From: an uncultured Trueperaceae bacterium
GTDB taxonomy: Bacteria > Deinococcota > Deinococci > Deinococcales > Trueperaceae
DNA length: 64,000 nucleotides
Direction: 5' to 3'
Assembly: GCA_963739805.1 (NCBI GenBank)
Contig: CAVUBJ010000005.1
Span: 21,163 to 85,162, forward strand
Part shown: positions 59,801 through 64,000 of the stretch, piece after piece
Numbering within the stretch: position 1 is the first letter of the stretch
How the letters are laid out: each line of letters starts with the position of its first letter
The notes under the pieces: model-generated
The model's input: only the letters and a program-made list of their open reading frames with translations
Databases searched by the model: none
Told to the model about the DNA's origin: nothing
Position numbers and translations under genes: made by a program

Positions 59801-60246
59801 TTGGGTGGGTCCGCCATCAGCACCTGGCTGACCTCCCCTTGCCCGATGATGGCGAGCCCGGAGCGGCCCAGTCCACTGCCCGCGAGCGCCTCCTCCAGGT
59901 CGAGGAAGCGCGCGTTCTTGCCGTTGAGCCGCAGCCTAGTGGTGCCTTCGCGGTCCAGGCTGCGGTACAGCTTGAGCGTCCGCGGGCCCTGACTGAGCTC
60001 CACCTCCACCTCCGCCAGCCCGAGACTGCGCTTCCCCGCGGCTCCGTGGAAGATGAGGTCGGTCTTGTCCGACGCCCGGAACTCACGCGCCCGGCCGCCC
60101 CCCGAGGTCCACTTGAGGGCGTCGATGAGGTTGGACTTGCCCGAGCCGTTGGGCCCGATGATGGCGGTGACGCCGGCAGCGAACTCGACGGTGGTGCGGT
60201 TGCCGAAGCTCTTGAAGCCCTGTAGCGTCAGCGAGGCGAGCCGCAC
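56854..60246 (-). CDS. smc: chromosome segregation protein SMC
   Basis: N-terminal Walker A GPNGSGKSN; long coiled coils; hinge; C-terminal signature and Walker B LDEVDAPLD. Confidence 0.95.
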   Translation of the reverse strand: MRLASLTLQGFKSFGNRTTVEFAAGVTAIIGPNGSGKSNLIDALKWTSGGGRAREFRASDKTDLIFHGAAGKRSLGLAEVEVELSQGPRTLKLYRSLDREGTTRLRLNGKNARFLDLEEALAGSGLGRSGLAIIGQGEVSQVLMADPPKLLAYVAEAAGVARMSARREQTQDRLDTARGHLDRLEDVLAELGARCDALAAEAADAERHAALSAESLRLRTTVARARVDGLEADIGGLRSRQGGLEAGILEGRAALAELRSALDAARRERDACEERYRSATAEAEARRGDLRVAEERAATAAERREGVARSLESARSEARRLEAAEPPGAPEGDAEPHRREEAEASAALETLAGELAAARDRLAAATDALAEQQRRRAAQEQEWARFEARSGELERQRADAASRLEELGAEPAADLEALEEGAERASAAAAAAEAALERARDAVAELHRRHARAEAEAMARERAAVRQRAAFEARRGYAQGPRNALGSGIDGVIGSVADLLRVPQRYQTAVSAALGRRAEYVVVDTAETGQRVLQHVRREGGFVTVLPLDLLQGGRGTVPHEVLGRRGVIGRVTDLVEAEETFATMVEQLLGGTVLMEAMEDATAMARASGFRPRMVTLEGDILEASGAMSGGRRSHQAGVLGAAAELEEAEAAAEEARGEAAAALGSLQEAQAALRQAQERQATAAAERADADRGLAQEREQASGRRQLLADLRQRLEGAEREGAELHPPAAPIDEHGPQRAEEERRAATEELEDLRTREGAWERALADARQQRLVLEERWRSYAAARERFEQERARAAELRTEAGRLEHAQEALAGEEATARRELEAARAALPTGLEAQAEALRSARRASDELEDRLTAETERQAERSQGLEECKVQLARRETALELAGEELAQFPEGVELLAISERAARARLREVGEALEALGPVNHRAGRDLRETRARKEGLEVEAVQAALAVTELEGTLQRIDRETTARLGEALGRLRDSFAAHVRQLFGGDGRGDIEVDEEDGRPVGVRIKLQPPGKQTQSLHLLSVGERTMGALAFLFALMADPSTGGGLPIAVLDEVDAPLDEANIRRYCGFLTRLAESGTQFVLITHQKATFEVADVLWGVTTEAGVSRVFSIRREDAAAAG

Positions 60247-60270
60247 CTCACGACCGCCCGGACCGCGGCC

Positions 60271-61632
60271 TCACGCGCCTCCCAGCGCCCGCAACAGGTG
60301 GGCGCTGGTGCGGATGCCGCGCAGGTAGTTCGCAACGCCGAAGCGCTCGTTGGGTGCGTGCGCCAGGTCGCTCTCGAGCCCCATGCCGACCAGCACCACG
60401 TCCGCGCCGAGGAGCTCCTGGAAGTCCGAGACCACCGGGATGGTGCCGCCCGTGCGGGCGTACACGGGTTCGCGGCCGTAGGCGGCGGCGAGGGCTTTCG
60501 CCGCGGCCCGCACGGCGGCCCCGTCGATGGGCGTGGCCGCGGGCCGCCCGCCGTGGAGCGCTACCACCTCCACCTCGGCGCCCTCGGGCGCGAGCGCCGC
60601 CAGGTGCGCGGCGAGGCGCTCGCTGATGACGTCGGGATCCTGACGGGGAACCAGCCGACACGACAGCTTGGCGCCCGCCACGGCCGGGATGACGGTCTTG
60701 GCGCCCTCGCCCTGGAAGCCGCCCCAGATGCCGTTGACGTCCAGCGTCGGGCGCGCCCACAGGCGTTCGAGCAGGCTGTATCCGTGCTCGCCGGGGGTGG
60801 CGGTCACGCCGGCCTCGGCCCGGAAGGCGGCCTCCTCGAAGGGCGCCCGCGACATGCGCCGACGCTCGTCGTCCGAGAGGGCCTCGACCTCGTCGTAGAA
60901 GCCGGGCACCGTCACGCGGCCGTCGCCGTCCTTGAGGGCGTCGAGCATGCCCGCCAGAACCTGGATGGGGTTGGGCACGCCGCCGCCGTAGGCGCCCGAG
61001 TGCAGGTCGTGGGCGGCGGTGCGGACGCGCACCTCGAGGTAGCTCAGCCCCCTGAGACCGTAGGTGATGGTGGGGGTGTCCGGCGCCACCATGGCGCCGT
61101 CCGAGATGACCACCACGTCGGCCGCGAGCGCCTCATTATGGGCCTCCAGGAAGGCGCGTAGGTTGGGGCTGCCGATCTCCTCCTCGCCCTCCGCCACCAC
61201 GATCAGGTTCACGGGGAGGGCGCCGTCCACCGCCCTCAGCGCCGCCGCCCCGGCGATGTGGGCGTAGAGCTGCCCCTTGTCGTCGGTTGCGCCGCGGGCG
61301 CGGATCTCGCCGTCGATCACGGTGGGCTCGAAGGGGGGCGTGTCCCACAGGTCCAGGGGGTCCGCCGGCTGCACGTCGTAGTGGCCGTAGACCAACACGG
61401 TCGGGGCGCCCTCCCGCCGCGGGGAGCGGGCCACGACCACCGGGTGGCGCGCGGTGTCGTGGACCGTGGGCTCGAGCCCCGCCCGCCGCAGGGCGTCCGC
61501 CACGAACGAGGCCGCCCTGCGAACGTCCCCCGCGCGTTCGGGGTCCGTGGACACCGAAGGGATGCGCAGGAACGCGAAGAGCTCGTTCAGGTGGGCGTCA
61601 CGGTGGTCGTCTAGGTAGGCGTCGAGCGACAT
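60271..61632 (-). CDS. M20 family dipeptidase (Sapep/PepV-like)
   Basis: [21 protein letters not shown] metal-binding motifs. Confidence 0.85.
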   Translation of the reverse strand: MSLDAYLDDHRDAHLNELFAFLRIPSVSTDPERAGDVRRAASFVADALRRAGLEPTVHDTARHPVVVARSPRREGAPTVLVYGHYDVQPADPLDLWDTPPFEPTVIDGEIRARGATDDKGQLYAHIAGAAALRAVDGALPVNLIVVAEGEEEIGSPNLRAFLEAHNEALAADVVVISDGAMVAPDTPTITYGLRGLSYLEVRVRTAAHDLHSGAYGGGVPNPIQVLAGMLDALKDGDGRVTVPGFYDEVEALSDDERRRMSRAPFEEAAFRAEAGVTATPGEHGYSLLERLWARPTLDVNGIWGGFQGEGAKTVIPAVAGAKLSCRLVPRQDPDVISERLAAHLAALAPEGAEVEVVALHGGRPAATPIDGAAVRAAAKALAAAYGREPVYARTGGTIPVVSDFQELLGADVVLVGMGLESDLAHAPNERFGVANYLRGIRTSAHLLRALGGA

Positions 61633-62168
61633 GCCAGGGAGTATACCGCCGCGCCCGGGCCGGGCCGGGGGCCGGCCTCAGCCGCGCTCGTCGCCGGCGT
61701 CGGAGTCGTCCTCCTCGCCCCCCGCTCCCCCCCGCCGTCGCCCCGCGACGGCGGCAGGGCCTGGTGCCGCATGAGTTTCATGTGGTCCGCGAGTCGCACC
61801 TGGAGCGTCGAGATACGTTCCTCCATGTTCGATTGCAGGTGGTCGAGCCGCCGGCGCAGTCGGATGATCTCCTCCACTCCCGCCAGATTCACGCCGAGCT
61901 CCTGCGTCAGGCGCCGGATGTCGCGCAACTGCTCGATGTTGCGCTGGGAGTACAGCCGCGTCTTCCCCGCGCTGCGGCTGGGCTCGATGAGCCCCTTGCG
62001 CTCGTACAGCCGCAGCGTCTGCGGGTGCATGTCGACGAGCTCCGCGGCCACGCTGATGACGTATAGCGGCTTGTCCTTGTCGATGCCGTCGCGCTCGTCG
62101 CCGTCCTCGGCGCGGTCCTCGACCCCAGCGTGGCGGCGCGCCGCGTCCGTCTCGTCGTCGAAGCTCAT
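61611..62168 (-). CDS. hspR: MerR-family heat-shock regulator HspR
   Basis: [34 protein letters not shown]. Located downstream of the J-domain gene, with its ATG overlapping that gene's TGA. Confidence 0.8.
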   Translation of the reverse strand: MSFDDETDAARRHAGVEDRAEDGDERDGIDKDKPLYVISVAAELVDMHPQTLRLYERKGLIEPSRSAGKTRLYSQRNIEQLRDIRRLTQELGVNLAGVEEIIRLRRRLDHLQSNMEERISTLQVRLADHMKLMRHQALPPSRGDGGGERGARRTTPTPATSAAEAGPRPGPGAAVYSLACRSTPT

Positions 62169-63127
62169 GAGTCCGTCCTTCCCTCCGTGAGGCGCCGGAA
62201 CCAGTCGCCCGCGCCGCGTAGGAGCCCTCTCCAGACGTCGTGATGCAGGGTCACCACCAGGTCGCCGCGGCCCAGTCCTCCGCCGGCCACGCGCACGGTG
62301 CGCCCCTCGGGGAGGCCGCCCGGCACACGCACGTCGACCCCCTCGAAGAGCGTCTCGAGGCCGCGCGCGGCCTCGAGCGGCGTGAGGTAGAGATCGGCGT
62401 GCACCTCGTCGCCGACCATGCGCGCCGAGTCCGGGAGCTGCACCTCCAGCCGAACGAACAGGTCACCGGGGGGGTTGCCGGGGCCGCCCATGCCGCGCAG
62501 GCGCAGGCGCGTGCCGTTTCGGACCCCGGTCGGGACGCGCACGTCCACCTCGGCGCGGCCGCCCCGGATGCCGCTGCCGCCGCAGTCCGGGCAGCGCTCG
62601 CCGTCGACGATGCGCTGCCCACGGCAGCGCGGGCACACGCTGGGGCCGGGAACGCGCACGCGTCGGCTGCCGCCCTCCCGAGCGAGGGCGAGCGGCACGC
62701 GCACCGTGACCTCCCGGGTCTCCCCCGGGAGCAGGCCGGCATTGCGGAACATGCCGGTCATGGCGCCGAACAGCGCGTCGAAAACGGCGTTCCCGGTGCG
62801 AGGGGCCGCGCCGTGGGCGTCCCAGTTCATGGGGATGTCGGCCTCGCGGAAGATCGTCTGCCAGTCCATGGTGCTGAAGTCCGGGGCGTACCCGCCGCGC
62901 GCCTCGTCCGGCCCGTAACGGTCGAAGCGCGCGCGAGCGTCCGGGTCGCGCAGGGTGGCGTAGGCCTCGGAGATGCGTTTGAACTGCTCCTCGGCCTGCG
63001 TGTCCCCCGGGTTGCGGTCCGGGTGGTAGCGCAGCGCCAGCTTGCGGTACGCCGCCTTGATATCGTCGCCACTGGCGTCCTGGGGGACGCCCAGCACGTC
63101 GTAGGGGTTGGCCGGTGCGCGAGTCAC
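62165..63127 (-). CDS. J-domain co-chaperone (DnaJ/CbpA-like)
   Basis: N-terminal J domain [31 protein letters not shown] with HPD. Only two CxxC pairs. C-terminal DnaJ_C-like domains. Confidence 0.85.
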   Translation of the reverse strand: MTRAPANPYDVLGVPQDASGDDIKAAYRKLALRYHPDRNPGDTQAEEQFKRISEAYATLRDPDARARFDRYGPDEARGGYAPDFSTMDWQTIFREADIPMNWDAHGAAPRTGNAVFDALFGAMTGMFRNAGLLPGETREVTVRVPLALAREGGSRRVRVPGPSVCPRCRGQRIVDGERCPDCGGSGIRGGRAEVDVRVPTGVRNGTRLRLRGMGGPGNPPGDLFVRLEVQLPDSARMVGDEVHADLYLTPLEAARGLETLFEGVDVRVPGGLPEGRTVRVAGGGLGRGDLVVTLHHDVWRGLLRGAGDWFRRLTEGRTDS

Positions 63128-63254
63128 TACAGCAGATAATACAAAATCTGAGTCTGGGATTGTTAACCCGGGCCCGCCGGGGCGGCGCGTCCCACGCGCC
63201 CGGTGCTATCCTGGGTGCGACCCCGCCCACCGGTGGGGCGCGGAGGTAACGAGC

Positions 63255-63605
63255 GTGAAGAGGAACGTGCTTCTGGTGCTGGCGCTGCTCCTGTTGATCG
63301 GGGGGCTGGCCGGGTGCCGCAACGAGACGCAGAACCGCATCCGCCGCAGCATCCAGGATTTCACCAACCAGCGCATGTACATCACGATCTACTCGTACGA
63401 CGGCAAGGTCGTTTTCGACGGCGTGGTGGACGGCAAGGTCACGCGCTCCAGCGCGACCTCCGAGGGCACGGGGGACGTCTCGCAGGGCCAGTACATCTAC
63501 TGGTACGACGATCGTGGGCGCTACCACCAGAGCGACCTCCCCTACATGCTCACCACATACGACCGCAACAAGGACGGGGCTACGCCGTCCAGCACGGCCC
63601 CCTGA
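63255..63605 (+). CDS. small lipoprotein
   Basis: GTG start with a GGAGGT RBS. Lipobox LAGC. Size 116 aa. Confidence 0.6.
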   Translation: MKRNVLLVLALLLLIGGLAGCRNETQNRIRRSIQDFTNQRMYITIYSYDGKVVFDGVVDGKVTRSSATSEGTGDVSQGQYIYWYDDRGRYHQSDLPYMLTTYDRNKDGATPSSTAP

Positions 63606-63709
63606 CGGAGGAGCACGGGGCCGCGTTGCTGACGTTTTGATGAATGCCCCGCTCGCCGGGCGCGCGCGCGTCGCTGCTAGCCTGAGAGCTGCAAGGGAGA
63701 CATGTGCCT

Positions 63710-64000
63710 ATGCCCAAGATCACCATCCGCCCACCCCTCCTCGTCGTCTCGCTGCTCCTGACCCTGGCGCTTTCGGCCTGCACGATCTACATCCGCCCGG
63801 GCGGGCCGGTGGACGTTGGTGTCAGCCTCAACGACGTCATCGCCGAATTCCAGCCCACGCGCGGTGACGGCGCCACCTACTACGTCGGAGACGAGATCGA
63901 GTTCCGCGTGCGCACGCGAGAGAGCGGCTACCTGACGCTGTCGGCCATCGACCCGGACGGACGCGTGTACGTCTTCGCCCGGAACATCCGCGTGAGCGCG
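63710..64000 (+). CDS. lipoprotein (partial, runs off the window)
   Basis: ATG with an AAGGGAGA RBS. Lipobox LSAC. Confidence 0.5.
   Translation, partial: MPKITIRPPLLVVSLLLTLALSACTIYIRPGGPVDVGVSLNDVIAEFQPTRGDGATYYVGDEIEFRVRTRESGYLTLSAIDPDGRVYVFARNIRVSA

Noticed and set aside
56138-59831. 607-aa ORF containing birA, plus 56578..58344 + and 57960..59831 +
   Set aside because: Only the C-terminal 236 aa is BirA. The rest, and the plus-strand ORFs, shadow smc and are low complexity.

Overview
This is a high-GC (~70%), densely coded bacterial chromosomal window. The gene content and promoter style (RNase J, FtsA, a GerMN protein next to an amidase, a PriA without helicase motifs, many leaderless starts) suggest a Deinococcus-Thermus-like organism; that is inference only. 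Core content, left to right, shows a NUDIX hydrolase, RNase J and the pnp-rpsO pair. A complete dcw division/cell-wall cluster follows on the minus strand (mraZ-rsmH-ftsL-ftsI-murF-mraY-murD-ftsW-murG-murC-murB-ftsQ-ftsA-ftsZ), with no murE or ddl. RNase P RNA (rnpB) lies just upstream of mraZ. Further right are luxS, an OmpR/histidine-kinase two-component pair, purM, priA, smpB, asnS, aspS, hisS, birA, smc and the hspR/dnaJ-like pair. Two accessory-looking regions stand out. (1) At 33.6-37.6 kb there is a divergent locus. It has a large 'reverse-architecture' SARP-like regulator with a degenerate NTPase domain, and heptamer direct repeats at 11-bp spacing in its own promoter. A 64-aa ORF lies upstream on the same strand. 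Divergently, an unannotated 48-aa signal-peptide gene sits upstream of a stand-alone EAL phosphodiesterase. I read this as a candidate peptide/c-di-GMP signalling module. (2) At 49.1-55.4 kb there is an island-like stretch. An ANT(2'')-Ia-family nucleotidyltransferase sits between yfbR and a decayed duplicate of the yfbR 3' end. Two related 35-48 bp palindromes flank mgtE and an APH-family phosphotransferase. About 900 bp of GC-rich non-coding DNA with tandem repeats follows. Then comes an AT-rich dif-like site (10-6-10 inverted repeat) immediately upstream of a lone Xer-family recombinase. Genome-wide style features visible here are about 13 ATGA/GTGA start-stop overlaps and several -10 hexamers 5-7 nt before start codons, implying leaderless mRNAs. 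No CRISPR, rRNA or tRNA was recognised.
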